A program made the translations under genes and the position numbers. A DNA stretch of 64,000 nt from a bacterium (GTDB taxonomy: Bacteria; Patescibacteriota; Saccharimonadia; Saccharimonadales; SZUA-47). Positions within the stretch are counted from its first letter, which is position 1; every line of letters begins with the position of its first letter. The notes below the pieces were generated by a model. That model made no database searches and had not been told where the DNA came from. It was given only the letters and a program-made list of their open reading frames with translations. The DNA is taken from assembly GCA_030428125.1 (NCBI GenBank), contig JAUIBF010000001.1:14102-78101 (forward strand), given 5' to 3'. Of this stretch, positions 37,594 through 48,116 are shown in pieces.

Positions 37594-39234
37594 CTACAGA
37601 ACCACATCACGACGTCTGAATTTGATCAAACCCAGAACGGCTAGAGATAAACCGGCAGTAGTCAACCATGCGGCTGGCGCTAACTGAAAACTGTCAGCTG
37701 GCATAGCAGGCAGATGTCCAAATGGTGATATGTCTATAATCCATTGTGGCAAGTCCAACACTACTCCCAATTGTAATATGACGATGCATGAGGCAAAGCC
37801 TCCCCAGGCAAGTGGCATGGCCAAACTTGGCATGAAGCTAAACAGGGCGATTACAAATCCAGCAAATGCAGCTATAGCTGTAATCTGAGCTAACGATGCA
37901 TAGATTATATCCCACAATTGATCCCAAGGAGCGGAAGTAGTTATGATGTAGGTCAAACCAATACCAAGCGCCGATACAATAGTTAGCGCGATTGCGCCCA
38001 GGAGCACGTACATTATGTGACTCATCATCCATTTGTATCTTGACACCCCTGTACTTAATACTGATTCAATTCTTCCTGTCGATTCTTCACTACGCATTCG
38101 TAGTAATCCCTGAGCAACATACCCTGCTACGGTAATGCCCATAAATGCAATAAGAACGCTTAAAAATATATAATTTATATCATCAGAGCTTTGGCTGATT
38201 GACGAAATTGCTTCCCTAAACTCATCATTGTCATCTAGAAAACCCTGGAATTCCTTCAGAGATAAACCATACGAAATTGCTAGAACTGCAATCGCTGCGG
38301 TCCAACCCCTGAATATGCCTTTCTGTAGTCTGCGCGCTAATCCAAAAGTACTCAATAGTGACGGCTTGGCTCTAGCTGGCCCTGGTTTTGTAGCAAATAT
38401 TCCAGAGCCAATATCACGTTTAGTCATTAAGAACGCAGCAAAACCTACACACACGACAGTTAGACCGACGAATAAACTCAGAATCCAAACATTATTTTCA
38501 GTAAATGCATACACTTGCTGACCCCACCCAAAGGGCGAAAGCCAAGACGGGAAGTTGCTTTGTACGCCCAAGCCACCATTTACAAGATCGCCTGTGACAT
38601 CACCGATTGCTCGAAGCAAGAAAGCAACTCCTATTACTAGCGCACACAAAGCATTTGCGCTCCTAGCACCATCTGTTAGCTGTGCGACAATTGCAGCTAA
38701 ACTCGCGAACGATACTCCTACAGCACCTAAAGTTACACCGGTTAAAATCGAGCCACCAACAGATAGTTCACCTCCACTACCAGCTATCATTAGTACTGAA
38801 GCCAGAAATGCTATAGCAATGTTCGCTATCAACGCAACAATTAGTGCAGCGACTAATGGTGCATGTCTGGAGACAGTCATAGAGCCGATTAGCTCTGAGC
38901 GATCCGTTTCTTCATTTTGCCTTGTATGTCTCACCACAGTAAGGGTGCTAATAAATGCCACTGCTAAAGCCGTAAACAAGAACCCTTCATTTAGTACTAC
39001 TGAACCCAATTCCGGTCCATGAATTGGACCTGCAAATACTCTCCCCACAACGCTAGGTGCGCTTGTAGCTGCATAGTTGATAAGCCCTTCTGGGCTGCTG
39101 CCATATAGATCTACAACTGAGCTAACAGTAAAGAAAAACATCAGACAAACGGCACTGATTGCGATCGGCAACTTAACCCTGTCTAACCTCAAACCAACTC
39201 GGACCAAGTGCCAAGTACCACGTAATCCGTTCAT
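37594..39234 (-). CDS. ABC exporter permease (polyketide-antibiotic exporter type)
   Basis: VRHTR.NEE..R.EL, WLSPFGW, LRMRSEESTGR, FRRRD. Confidence 0.85.
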   Translation of the reverse strand: MNGLRGTWHLVRVGLRLDRVKLPIAISAVCLMFFFTVSSVVDLYGSSPEGLINYAATSAPSVVGRVFAGPIHGPELGSVVLNEGFLFTALAVAFISTLTVVRHTRQNEETDRSELIGSMTVSRHAPLVAALIVALIANIAIAFLASVLMIAGSGGELSVGGSILTGVTLGAVGVSFASLAAIVAQLTDGARSANALCALVIGVAFLLRAIGDVTGDLVNGGLGVQSNFPSWLSPFGWGQQVYAFTENNVWILSLFVGLTVVCVGFAAFLMTKRDIGSGIFATKPGPARAKPSLLSTFGLARRLQKGIFRGWTAAIAVLAISYGLSLKEFQGFLDDNDEFREAISSISQSSDDINYIFLSVLIAFMGITVAGYVAQGLLRMRSEESTGRIESVLSTGVSRYKWMMSHIMYVLLGAIALTIVSALGIGLTYIITTSAPWDQLWDIIYASLAQITAIAAFAGFVIALFSFMPSLAMPLAWGGFASCIVILQLGVVLDLPQWIIDISPFGHLPAMPADSFQLAPAAWLTTAGLSLAVLGLIKFRRRDVVL

Positions 39235-39236
39235 AA

Positions 39237-40148
39237 TTACTTGCTCGCTTTTGATTTAGTGTCGTACTGAGACAAGAATAACTCTTCCAAAGATGGCGGC
39301 TGGCTAACCAAAGAAACAAGATTTTGTTTCGATAGCTCGGCCATTGCTTTGTCTAGCGATTCAGAATCAACTTCAAATTCCAGCTTCATCCCATCCTCAG
39401 TAAGTCGCTGGTTATGCACGCCCTTTGCTTTTAGCTTTTTTGCTTTGTCCTTAGTATGCGCCTTTATAGAAGTCCGGTGGAGGTGCTGTAGTTCACTAAG
39501 TGTTCCTGATTGCACAGTCTTGCCGTCTCTAATGATAGTTATTCGGTCGCAAAGCGCTTCAACCTCAGCCAGGATATGACTTGATAGTAATATTGTTTTA
39601 CCTTGGTTCTTCAGTTCTTTTATGTGTTTTTGGAAAACGGCTTCCATTAATGGGTCCAAACCACTGGTTGGCTCGTCCATAATGTAGACTTCTACGTCAG
39701 ACGCAAGCGCAGCTACAAGCGCTACTTTTTGGCGATTGCCTTTGGAGTATGTTCGGAATTTTTTGCGTGGGTCTAGTTGGAAGCTATCTAGTAATTCTTT
39801 GCGTTTTTTTTCGTCTAATCCGCCACGCAAGTTCCCGAGCAAGTCAATCGATTCACCACCAGTTAGTTGTGGCCACAAGTTTACGTCGCCTGGAACGTAG
39901 GCAATTCGTTTATGTAACTCGACGGCATCTTTCCAAGGATCTTGGCCGAGCAACTTGGCATCGCCCCCTGATTTTGAAAGTAACCCCAAAAGAATGCGTA
40001 TAGTTGTAGACTTTCCGGAACCATTTGGTCCCAGGAACCCATGAACTTCGCCTTTGTTTACTTCTAAATTTAGTTTGTTTAAGGCCCTAAATGACCCAAA
40101 GTTTTTGACGAGGTTACTAACCTCGATAATTTTTTCGTTACCCATCAT
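39237..40148 (-). CDS. ABC exporter ATP-binding subunit
   Basis: [26 protein letters not shown]. Confidence 0.95.
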   Translation of the reverse strand: MMGNEKIIEVSNLVKNFGSFRALNKLNLEVNKGEVHGFLGPNGSGKSTTIRILLGLLSKSGGDAKLLGQDPWKDAVELHKRIAYVPGDVNLWPQLTGGESIDLLGNLRGGLDEKKRKELLDSFQLDPRKKFRTYSKGNRQKVALVAALASDVEVYIMDEPTSGLDPLMEAVFQKHIKELKNQGKTILLSSHILAEVEALCDRITIIRDGKTVQSGTLSELQHLHRTSIKAHTKDKAKKLKAKGVHNQRLTEDGMKLEFEVDSESLDKAMAELSKQNLVSLVSQPPSLEELFLSQYDTKSKASK

Positions 40149-40210
40149 GGTTATGAGTATACCAGAGAATCAACAGCGAATATCACTGCTTACTTGCTAA
40201 AATATAGTCT

Positions 40211-41218
40211 ATGGCATTGGCTTTTGCTAAAAGATACAAAAACCTATTATTTTTATTTTCGGGTTTAGCGTTACTGCTAAGCGTGAGGTTCTATTTAGCA
40301 TCAAGTAACTCTGATTTACCGAATAAGCTTCAGGATTTTATAACCTTGTCAGTCAGTGTGTTTGTCGAAGCGTTTCCGTTTTTGGTGTTGGGTTCGGTGC
40401 TTGCGGCACTGGTGAACACTTTTGTTTCGCCTCATACATTTGAGAAAATTTTGCCAAAAAATAAATTAGCCAGAAGGGCGTCCTTGTCGCTTTTAGGGTT
40501 TCTGTTTCCGGTTTGTGAATGTGGAAATGTTCCACTGTCCAGATCTTTAATGATTCAAGGCCTTAAACCATCAGAAGCAATAACATTTTTGCTGGCAGCA
40601 CCAGTGTTGAATCCAATTACGATTTGGTCTACATGGGTAGCGTTTAGTTATGACGGATCGATAGTCGCATCCAGGATCGCTGCAACATTCTTAATTGCAA
40701 ACACCATAGGATTTATACTTTCCTTGATAAAAAACGAGAACGACTTTATAACCAAAGATTTTCAAGCAGTTTGTGAATCATCTCTAACCCAAAAGAAATC
40801 AGACAAAGCATTGTTGGCTAAAGTTTCTAGTTTTGTTTCTAATTTCAAACACGAAGCTTTCGTAATGGTAAAGATGCTTGCTTTTGGAGCCATCATTGCT
40901 GGGCTTATTCAGACTATCGTTCCGAGAGATATTTTAATTAACATCGGTAGCGACGTAATATTGTCGATAATCGCAATGCTTCTACTGGCATTTCTTGTTT
41001 CAATTTGTGCAACGGTAGATGCTTTCTTTGCCTTGTCGTTTTCTAACACGTTTACGGCCGGATCGATTACTAGCTTCCTAGTATTTGGCCCAATGATTGA
41101 CATTAAGATGTTGGCGCTACTTAAACCTACTTTTAAGACAAAGACTCTGGTGCTTATTTCAACACTCGCGCTCTTACTAAGTGCTCTAGCCGGATTGGTG
41201 GTAAATTATGCGCTTTAA
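40211..41218 (+). CDS. Permease, DUF318/YcgR-like metal transporter
   Basis: FPVCECG, APVLNP, SICATVDAF, FGPMIDIK. Confidence 0.9.
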   Translation: MALAFAKRYKNLLFLFSGLALLLSVRFYLASSNSDLPNKLQDFITLSVSVFVEAFPFLVLGSVLAALVNTFVSPHTFEKILPKNKLARRASLSLLGFLFPVCECGNVPLSRSLMIQGLKPSEAITFLLAAPVLNPITIWSTWVAFSYDGSIVASRIAATFLIANTIGFILSLIKNENDFITKDFQAVCESSLTQKKSDKALLAKVSSFVSNFKHEAFVMVKMLAFGAIIAGLIQTIVPRDILINIGSDVILSIIAMLLLAFLVSICATVDAFFALSFSNTFTAGSITSFLVFGPMIDIKMLALLKPTFKTKTLVLISTLALLLSALAGLVVNYAL

Positions 41219-41903
41219 GTTATCTGTCCAAACCACTTACTTACTGTTGGTAGTAGCTAGCATTTTGCTAGTGGCGCTTCAGGATAAGTTACTAATTTAT
41301 ATTCATCCTCGATATATAATCTTTACAATTACTTTATGCGCTTTGGCTGGATTAATACTTATTGCTAGCTTGTTTATTAAAGACTCAGAGGGTCTTCACA
41401 AACATAAAGAATCAAAATTGGGGTTAATTCCACTAATGCTGCTAGTGGCTGTAATGATTGTTATTCCACCTAAGACTTTATCCAGCTCAACTGTTACTCA
41501 GCGATTGAGCAACTCGCAAAGTGGACAACAATCAAACCAGGTTTTTAGTGGTTCAACCTTGGGCTTATCAGTTTCTGACTGGTTCCAGATACTGAGCCTT
41601 AACGAAGAACCAGAATACTATGCTTTGAAACCGGCTAAGATCACAGGATTTATTTATGATGCAGGCTTAGGTGAGGATACAGTTTGGGTTTCTAGATTTA
41701 TTCTGACATGCTGTGCTGTCGATGCTCGCCCGGTAGGAGTGCCGGTGCGTGTTGAGAATTGGGCAGAGAATTATTCCGAGGACGACTGGGTGATAGTCGA
41801 GGGCAACTTTGAATTATCTGAAACTTCTGAAGGCTCAAAAATTGTTTTGATTCCAGACAAAATAGAAAAGACCGAAGAGCCGGAGAATCCATATGAATTC
41901 TAA
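41208..41903 (+). CDS. TIGR03943/DUF1980 family permease subunit
   Basis: YIHPRY, RFILTCCAVDA, C-terminal PENPY. Confidence 0.9.
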   Translation: MRFKLSVQTTYLLLVVASILLVALQDKLLIYIHPRYIIFTITLCALAGLILIASLFIKDSEGLHKHKESKLGLIPLMLLVAVMIVIPPKTLSSSTVTQRLSNSQSGQQSNQVFSGSTLGLSVSDWFQILSLNEEPEYYALKPAKITGFIYDAGLGEDTVWVSRFILTCCAVDARPVGVPVRVENWAENYSEDDWVIVEGNFELSETSEGSKIVLIPDKIEKTEEPENPYEF

Positions 41904-43284
41904 GCAATTTAGGAGTATGGCAGTTATCTTGTGCCTAGCCCTGATTGGATTGGTAGCAGGTATTGGGTATTTACTTTATCAAAATGGGCCCAGGGTAAGA
42001 TACTTAAACTTCGATTCTGAAATTACCGAAACTGCGTTTACGAATGGAACAAATATGAAAATAGTCTTTGATAGACCTCTGGCAGAAAATGACTACTCGG
42101 ATGAAATATCCTTTGACCCAACGGTTAATTTCAGTGCTCAAACTGATGGTCAGACCATCATTGTTCAATTTTTGGAAAATTTACAGCAGGAAACCGAATA
42201 CTCCCTAATCATCAAGCCTGAAATATATGACACCAAGGGGCAGAAGATGAGTAGTAAGTCAGTAAAAAGATTCACCACTGCTCAGTACGAATTTGCGTAC
42301 ATTGAGCGGAACTACGGAATGGGCGATGATTCAGTATTGCAGTCCGAGGCAGATGAAATAATCCTCGGAGACTTAAATGGAACAAGAAATACAATCTTTT
42401 CACATCCAGTTATTAGGTCGTTCAAAGCCAACGGAGAGTACTTGCTGGTAGTTGGTGTGGGCGAATATAGCGACGAAATATATGTAGTAGATATTAACAG
42501 TAGAGAACATAAATCTGTAGAGATGCCGTTTGATAGCAGGGTTCAGAAATTAGAAGTTAGTCCTCGCGGGAACATAGGAGTCTTTGTTCTGCAGCCTGAC
42601 TTTGATTCAGTCGGTGCAGAAAAATACCTAGAGCTAGCAAACAAAACATATTCAGTAAACCTTGAGACCGGGGAAATTACCGAACTAGTCGACCAGGACA
42701 ATTATCCCGTTAAGTCATATGATGTCAGACTAGACCTAAATGGGCAGTATATATTATCTCAAAACGACAGGTATATCTATCAGGTTCATAGTCCTTTTAA
42801 CGATTATCCACCAACACCCCTAGGGTCGTTCACGTCGTTTAGAGACTATATTGATGGAGACAAAAAAATAATATTTAGAAAAGGGGAAGATTTCGTTAAG
42901 TATGATATTGCAACCGGCGAAATAGAAACCATAGATTTTTCTTCGGATGAATTCATCCAGGATGTTGCCGTGTTCAATGAGAATATCACTCCGTTCATTG
43001 CAACATATACTGCTGATTCATGGCGAGCAAAGTTATTTAGCTTTGACTCTGGAACAGACGAAGAGATATTGTGGCAATTCAACAGCTTAGACTCAAATGT
43101 TAGAACTTTTAAACCCAGCTACGACGGTCAGCTTATAGCCATTGCAATAAATAAAACTTCCTGCGATCAAGACAACATTGGCATAAATGCTGTCTGTAAA
43201 AACATAAAAACCGAAATTTTTGATATTGAAAATCAGGAAATTGTAGAGACTTTAAGTGGATTTGATCTGGTCTGGTTGCCTTAA
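41893..43284 (+). CDS. Membrane-anchored Ig-like (Big_5) + beta-propeller protein
   Basis: N-terminal TM segment, IVFDRPL..L..ETEY Ig motif; operonic with the permeases. Confidence 0.7.
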   Translation: MNSKQFRSMAVILCLALIGLVAGIGYLLYQNGPRVRYLNFDSEITETAFTNGTNMKIVFDRPLAENDYSDEISFDPTVNFSAQTDGQTIIVQFLENLQQETEYSLIIKPEIYDTKGQKMSSKSVKRFTTAQYEFAYIERNYGMGDDSVLQSEADEIILGDLNGTRNTIFSHPVIRSFKANGEYLLVVGVGEYSDEIYVVDINSREHKSVEMPFDSRVQKLEVSPRGNIGVFVLQPDFDSVGAEKYLELANKTYSVNLETGEITELVDQDNYPVKSYDVRLDLNGQYILSQNDRYIYQVHSPFNDYPPTPLGSFTSFRDYIDGDKKIIFRKGEDFVKYDIATGEIETIDFSSDEFIQDVAVFNENITPFIATYTADSWRAKLFSFDSGTDEEILWQFNSLDSNVRTFKPSYDGQLIAIAINKTSCDQDNIGINAVCKNIKTEIFDIENQEIVETLSGFDLVWLP

Positions 43285-43707
43285 ACTTTGGCAGGATGCA
43301 CATAGCCCGTGAAGCTCTAAATGGTGAGATGTCAGTTTGTATCTTTTAGAGTTTGCAATTAAGTTTAGCGCTTCCTCAAGCTTACTGTCGTTAATCTCAG
43401 CAACATGGTTGCACCTATCGCAGCTAATGTGATGATGGTGGGGTTTAAATGAGTCTCCCAGTTCGTAGAGATTTTTTAATCCGTGGGGTACTAGCGTAAC
43501 AACATCTGCTTTGCGTAAGCCATCGATAGTTCGGTATATACTAACCTGATCGTAGTCAGGTAGCTCCTTCACGATGTCTTGAATACTTAGAGCATGCTTT
43601 CTTTCATTGAGTAAATTAAAGACATCAGCCTTAAGATTTGTCATTCTAAGACCGCGTGAATGGACCTGTTGCCTTAAAAGTTGCTCATTTGAATTAGAAG
43701 TTTGCAT
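43252..43707 (-). CDS. Fur/Zur family transcriptional regulator
   Basis: SIYRT, HHHHISCDRC, HGLCASC. Confidence 0.92.
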   Translation of the reverse strand: MQTSNSNEQLLRQQVHSRGLRMTNLKADVFNLLNERKHALSIQDIVKELPDYDQVSIYRTIDGLRKADVVTLVPHGLKNLYELGDSFKPHHHHISCDRCNHVAEINDSKLEEALNLIANSKRYKLTSHHLELHGLCASCQSLRQPDQIKST

Positions 43708-43718
43708 TAACTATAGCT

Positions 43719-43739
43719 TAACGCAAATAATTTGCGTTA
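43719..43739. promoter_or_regulatory. Candidate Fur/Zur box
   Basis: Perfect 10-1-10 palindrome TAACGCAAAT-A-ATTTGCGTTA. Confidence 0.65.
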
Positions 43740-43780
43740 TCAAGTGTTAATATGCAATTATTATTCAAAGTAAAGTAATT

Positions 43781-44653
43781 TTGATAAATAAGAGAGAAAT
43801 GAATACGATAGTTGATTACGCAAAGGGTGGGGTTGAACAGGTTGGAGATGTAGCAGTCGCTCACAGGTCCCCAGTAAGTTCATACGAAAATATAATTGCT
43901 GGGCTTTTAAGACAAAAGAGACTTAAGATCCCAGTTGACTCTTCTGACGGTGTTAAAAAACAAGCAGAAGCTATAGGCATACCTGTTTCCGGTAAATCCA
44001 TTGAGCTTTTACGCATTTTGTCAGATGCACAACCTGCCGGATATTTGAGTTTTAAAGGTGAAACAACACATGGAATGATTTCACCAAATTACGATAGTAG
44101 AGGCAGAGAAAAGAAAGGCACAGTACGCTTTCAAAGTGTGTTAGGTGGATTTACTATTAGAAACGGTGTTTGGCTTCCAGAAGCTGCAAATGCCATCTAT
44201 CTGGCTGGTGCCACGGGATTAGAGTCCAAAGGTATGGGGGATTGTCACAGTATACCTGTTTCAAAGGACCCAGAACACAAACTAACTGTAATTGGTGCTA
44301 TATCTAAAGGTGATATTAATATTGCAAAAACTCATGCTCAGCATGGTGTCAGAGAATCTGGAGGGTCTGTTGCTAGTTCATTAACCAATGGTCAACTAGG
44401 TAATGTATTTGCACCCGATTCTATAGAAGGATTCTCAGGGTTTGGAAAGCCTGTTGAACTGACAGGAAATGAGCAACCCTCAGCAACATTCTTTATTCCG
44501 GTCAGCTACCTGGAGAATCCAGAGCAAGCTTTCGGGGCATATATTACAGACGGAGACATTACGCCCGAGCAGATAGTTAATGGCGCAGGGTATAGAGCTA
44601 TTAACTCCAGGGGTGCAGTAATTGGTGAGTTTACGAAAGCAATGGAAGGATAG
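43781..44653 (+). CDS. Hypothetical protein (start probably 43799)
   Basis: 290-aa ORF with no motif recognised. Confidence 0.65.
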   Translation: MINKREMNTIVDYAKGGVEQVGDVAVAHRSPVSSYENIIAGLLRQKRLKIPVDSSDGVKKQAEAIGIPVSGKSIELLRILSDAQPAGYLSFKGETTHGMISPNYDSRGREKKGTVRFQSVLGGFTIRNGVWLPEAANAIYLAGATGLESKGMGDCHSIPVSKDPEHKLTVIGAISKGDINIAKTHAQHGVRESGGSVASSLTNGQLGNVFAPDSIEGFSGFGKPVELTGNEQPSATFFIPVSYLENPEQAFGAYITDGDITPEQIVNGAGYRAINSRGAVIGEFTKAMEG

Positions 44654-45254
44654 GATTTTGAATCAAAACCTACTGCCAAACCAATTTGAAGCAACGCCAA
44701 CACCTGAAATCCAAGCAGGAAAAAAAGGAGTTGAATTTGATTTCATCGCTTGGGAAGTAGAACTAGAGGGCGTCGATACTGCTACAGCAGATTGGGCTCC
44801 TCGAACTTCAACATTGTCTCCTGATTGTGATGATATAGTTTTTGATTTTGATGCCTGGGAGGCTGAATTAGAAGATGTAGACCTTGAAGAACAGGCCAGG
44901 CTTGCTTTTGACGGTCTATTAACGTTCGAAACAGAAGATGAAGGCAAGACCAGGACTATTAGCGACATAAAAAATGACATTGTCACTTTTATGTCTAATC
45001 CAGAGATTATCCAAATGCAGAACATGATAGAATATGCAGCTGTTCAGTTCGCACAATTCTGCAGCCACAACCATATCGGAGGTGACTCCATAGGCGACTC
45101 GCTATCAGGGCTATTTGACATGGGACAAAGCTTGCTTGGTGAAAAAACTCATTCACATGACGATCATCATGAGCATGACTTACTAGGTCATGATGAAGAT
45201 GACGAAGAAGACGAACCTGATGGCAAAAAGAAGAAGAAAAAACGTCGTCGATAG
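44622..45254 (+). CDS. Acidic protein with internal repeat and His-rich/basic tail
   Basis: FDFxAWExELExVD twice; HSHDDHHEH; KKKKKKRRR. Confidence 0.6.
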   Translation: MVSLRKQWKDRILNQNLLPNQFEATPTPEIQAGKKGVEFDFIAWEVELEGVDTATADWAPRTSTLSPDCDDIVFDFDAWEAELEDVDLEEQARLAFDGLLTFETEDEGKTRTISDIKNDIVTFMSNPEIIQMQNMIEYAAVQFAQFCSHNHIGGDSIGDSLSGLFDMGQSLLGEKTHSHDDHHEHDLLGHDEDDEEDEPDGKKKKKKRRR

Positions 45255-45377
45255 CATAGTTTATAAGTCTAGACCTGACGTAGACTGATTGGATACCGGA
45301 TTTTAATCTAGTAGAAATAACAGATAAATATACTGATATTGGAAATCGGATTTAAATCGGAGTTAACTCCGATTTAA

Positions 45378-45962
45378 TTATCGGCGGCGATAGTTACGCC
45401 AACTAGATCTACGATAATCATCCGAGTCTCTTTCGTCAGATTCAGACTGCACATCACGGTTTCTACTTCTGCGCCAGTCTCTCCAACCTCTATCTTCTTC
45501 GTAGTCATCATTTTCTGCTTCCCACTCATCTAGTCTATCTAGAGCTTCTTCGTATCGCTGTTCGGCTTCTTCGATTTTCTCGGGTTCAACTTCTTCTGCT
45601 TGCTGGAGATCCTGTAGTTCTGTAGAGGTCTCTTCCAGAATCATTTCAATTTCTTCACGTTCAGTTTCGCTAGCTTGCTCACTTGCCGGTGCGTTGTTAT
45701 TCTGGCTTTCAAAAAACCCTTGTCCTATGAACACAAAGCTTGCTACTGCGAAAGTTGCTGCCATGCTGGTTGCAAACCAAAAAAAGGGACTACGAGTAGA
45801 ATCTTTAGACACTCTGTCAGGCACGCTTGCGATATTTTTCTTAGCGGATTCGGACAGGCCTTTAGTCCTCATCGAACCTAAATTCTCAGCCAATTTAGCA
45901 AGTTCTTCGATATCTTCATCGCTCGCACCATTGCTTTTTAGCTGTTTCTTAAGCTCACTCAT
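45378..45962 (-). CDS. Putative anti-sigma factor
   Basis: Single TM segment; overlaps the stop of the ECF sigma gene. Confidence 0.6.
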   Translation of the reverse strand: MSELKKQLKSNGASDEDIEELAKLAENLGSMRTKGLSESAKKNIASVPDRVSKDSTRSPFFWFATSMAATFAVASFVFIGQGFFESQNNNAPASEQASETEREEIEMILEETSTELQDLQQAEEVEPEKIEEAEQRYEEALDRLDEWEAENDDYEEDRGWRDWRRSRNRDVQSESDERDSDDYRRSSWRNYRRR

Positions 45963-46443
45963 CGGATAAATCCTTCTTCATTTTCTTCAATGCCCTGTAC
46001 TGAACAACCCTAACATTCGATTCACTCATGCCTAAGGCCTCAGCAGTTTCTTTAACCGAGTATGCCTGCATAAAACGTAAGTTTACAACAGACTTCATAT
46101 CTTCTGGTAAACGAGATATAGCTCTGACAGTTCGTTTTTGTTCCAGCTTTTTATCCATAATTTCCTCTTGTGTCGGTGCATCATCGGCAATTTCGATTTC
46201 CTCATCTAGGGGAATAGCTTTTTTCTTGCGCCAGTGATCTGTAAGCGTGTTTCGAGCTATTGCATATAGCCAACCACGTGGATGTTTAAAGTCGTAGTTA
46301 TCGATATTTTTCCAGGCTTTAGTGAAAGTATCTGCAGTTAAATCTTCTGCTAGTTCCATGTCACGGACATGTACAAATAGGAACCGGTAAATGTCATCGG
46401 CGTATTCGTTGTACATTTTGATATACCTCCGTCTTGCTAGCAT
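45955..46443 (-). CDS. ECF RNA polymerase sigma factor
   Basis: AEDLTADTF, WLYAIARN, region 4 helix-turn-helix. Confidence 0.93.
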   Translation of the reverse strand: MLARRRYIKMYNEYADDIYRFLFVHVRDMELAEDLTADTFTKAWKNIDNYDFKHPRGWLYAIARNTLTDHWRKKKAIPLDEEIEIADDAPTQEEIMDKKLEQKRTVRAISRLPEDMKSVVNLRFMQAYSVKETAEALGMSESNVRVVQYRALKKMKKDLSDE

Positions 46444-46520
46444 GAGTTATTTAATTATCACATACAGGAGTCGGGTTTTTATATTTGATTTTAGATGGAA
46501 ATCATCGATTCCTGCATTTA

Positions 46521-46551
46521 ATGTAACGTTTTAATTTGTGTTTCGTTACAT
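46521..46551. promoter_or_regulatory. Palindromic bidirectional ECF-type promoter
   Basis: TGTAAC-N16-CGTTAC reads the same on both strands. Confidence 0.65.
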
Positions 46552-46581
46552 ATAGCGTCAGTAAATCTAAAGAGGAGAATT

Positions 46582-47268
46582 ATGACAATATCCAAAAACA
46601 TTAAAAAACTGATAGTTATTGCGATACTCGCAACGGCAATAACTACACCAGTAGTAGTTCGCGTGAACGCTCAAGAAGAGCCTTCAACAGAAGACACTAC
46701 TACATTAGAAGAAACTGAAGTAGAGGAGACCGAAGAGGCTCCGGTGGAGGAGACAGATGAAGGAGAAGTTGAGTCAGATACTACAGAGGAAGAAACTACT
46801 GTGGAGACTGAAACTGAAGAGGTTGTGGAAGACACAGAAGAGCCCGTTGTAGAAGCAGTCACTACTGATGTCTCTATCGAAGAAGCAATAGTTATAGCAC
46901 GAGCTGAACACCCAGACGTTGAAGTCGTGATGGCTAAAGTAAAGCTTAAAAAACTAGACAGTGAAAAAGTTTATAAAGTAGTCTTTGCTGACGGCTGGCG
47001 AATTTATGTGAGTGCCGTAGATGGTGAAATAGTCAGAATCAAAGACGGTAGTAACAAGAAAAAAGAATGTAGCAAACGAGGTCAACGAGCTGTAGAATCT
47101 TGGAGAAGCAACTACAAGAAAAGAAATAAGCGAAATCACCACGATCATCGCCGAGGCTGGTCTCACCACAAACATTGGGATAAAAATAACGATTCCAGTG
47201 ACGATGAACAAGAAGAGGTAGAAGAAACTAACGAAGAAACAGAAGAAGTCGTCGAAGAATATAACTAA
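46582..47268 (+). CDS. Secreted PepSY-domain protein
   Basis: Signal peptide, acidic linker, SIEEAIVIA..VYKV..IYVSAVDGEI. Confidence 0.8.
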   Translation: MTISKNIKKLIVIAILATAITTPVVVRVNAQEEPSTEDTTTLEETEVEETEEAPVEETDEGEVESDTTEEETTVETETEEVVEDTEEPVVEAVTTDVSIEEAIVIARAEHPDVEVVMAKVKLKKLDSEKVYKVVFADGWRIYVSAVDGEIVRIKDGSNKKKECSKRGQRAVESWRSNYKKRNKRNHHDHRRGWSHHKHWDKNNDSSDDEQEEVEETNEETEEVVEEYN

Positions 47269-47411
47269 ATAGTGTCTCTAGTAGAATCGCCTCGAGTTAT
47301 ATAACCGGGGCGATTTAAATTTATTATTCTGAATTTATACACTGGAACAAAAATACTTAACGTATATAATTAGCAATATTAATAAAACCATGGTGGGGTA
47401 AAGGAGCAAAT

Positions 47412-48086
47412 ATGCCAAGCTTGGTTCTGCCAGAAGAAAATCAATTCGAAGTAGCCCTCCACTTACACGAGACCGGGAGGTTTGGAATTCATGAAAATCC
47501 AGATGACTTCATTACCTTAAAAAGTGGAAGAATATCACCACACTACCTAGACCTTAGACCTGGAATATCTAGTCCAGACACTCGAAGAATTGTTGGAGGT
47601 GGACTGCTTGATCTTGCGGAGATGGGTGAAGACTTTTTGCATATTGTAGGGACTCCGGAAGCATTTACCTCTTATGCTGCTTCAATGGCAGATATGTCAG
47701 AGAGAAGTTTATTGCAGCCGAGGGTGGCACAAAAGCAAAGCGGGAACAAGGTTCCAATTTTAGGTACATATAGTGATTGGGATACAGTCGCAGTATTCGA
47801 TGATGTAGTTACAGATGGCAAAACTAAGGTAGACACAATTGAAGGGTTAGAGGCTGCAGGTCTAATCGTAGCTGGCTAATATGTGGTGCTTGACCGGCAA
47901 GAAGGTGGGGTGCCACAGGTAGAGCAGGAAACAGGTATTGTTATCGGTTCAGTTTTGCGAGTAGCTGATATGGTGCGTACGTTACGAGCAGAAAACGTCT
48001 ATTCTGAAACGCAATTCGATAATGTAAAACAATACCTCGAACAGTATGGAGACGAGGGCGTTGCAGCATCCATGGGAACGGCATAA
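47412..48086 (+). pseudogene. pyrE: Orotate phosphoribosyltransferase with one in-frame TAA at 47877-47879
   Basis: LKSGRISPHYLDLR and FDDVVTDG; reading continues in frame as AG*YVVLDRQEGG. Confidence 0.85.
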
Positions 48087-48116
48087 AAACTAGTAACTTT
48101 AAATCGGAGGAACAGA

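Noticed and set aside
47877..47879. Stop-codon reassignment
   Set aside because: TAA, TAG and TGA all terminate recognisable genes in this window.
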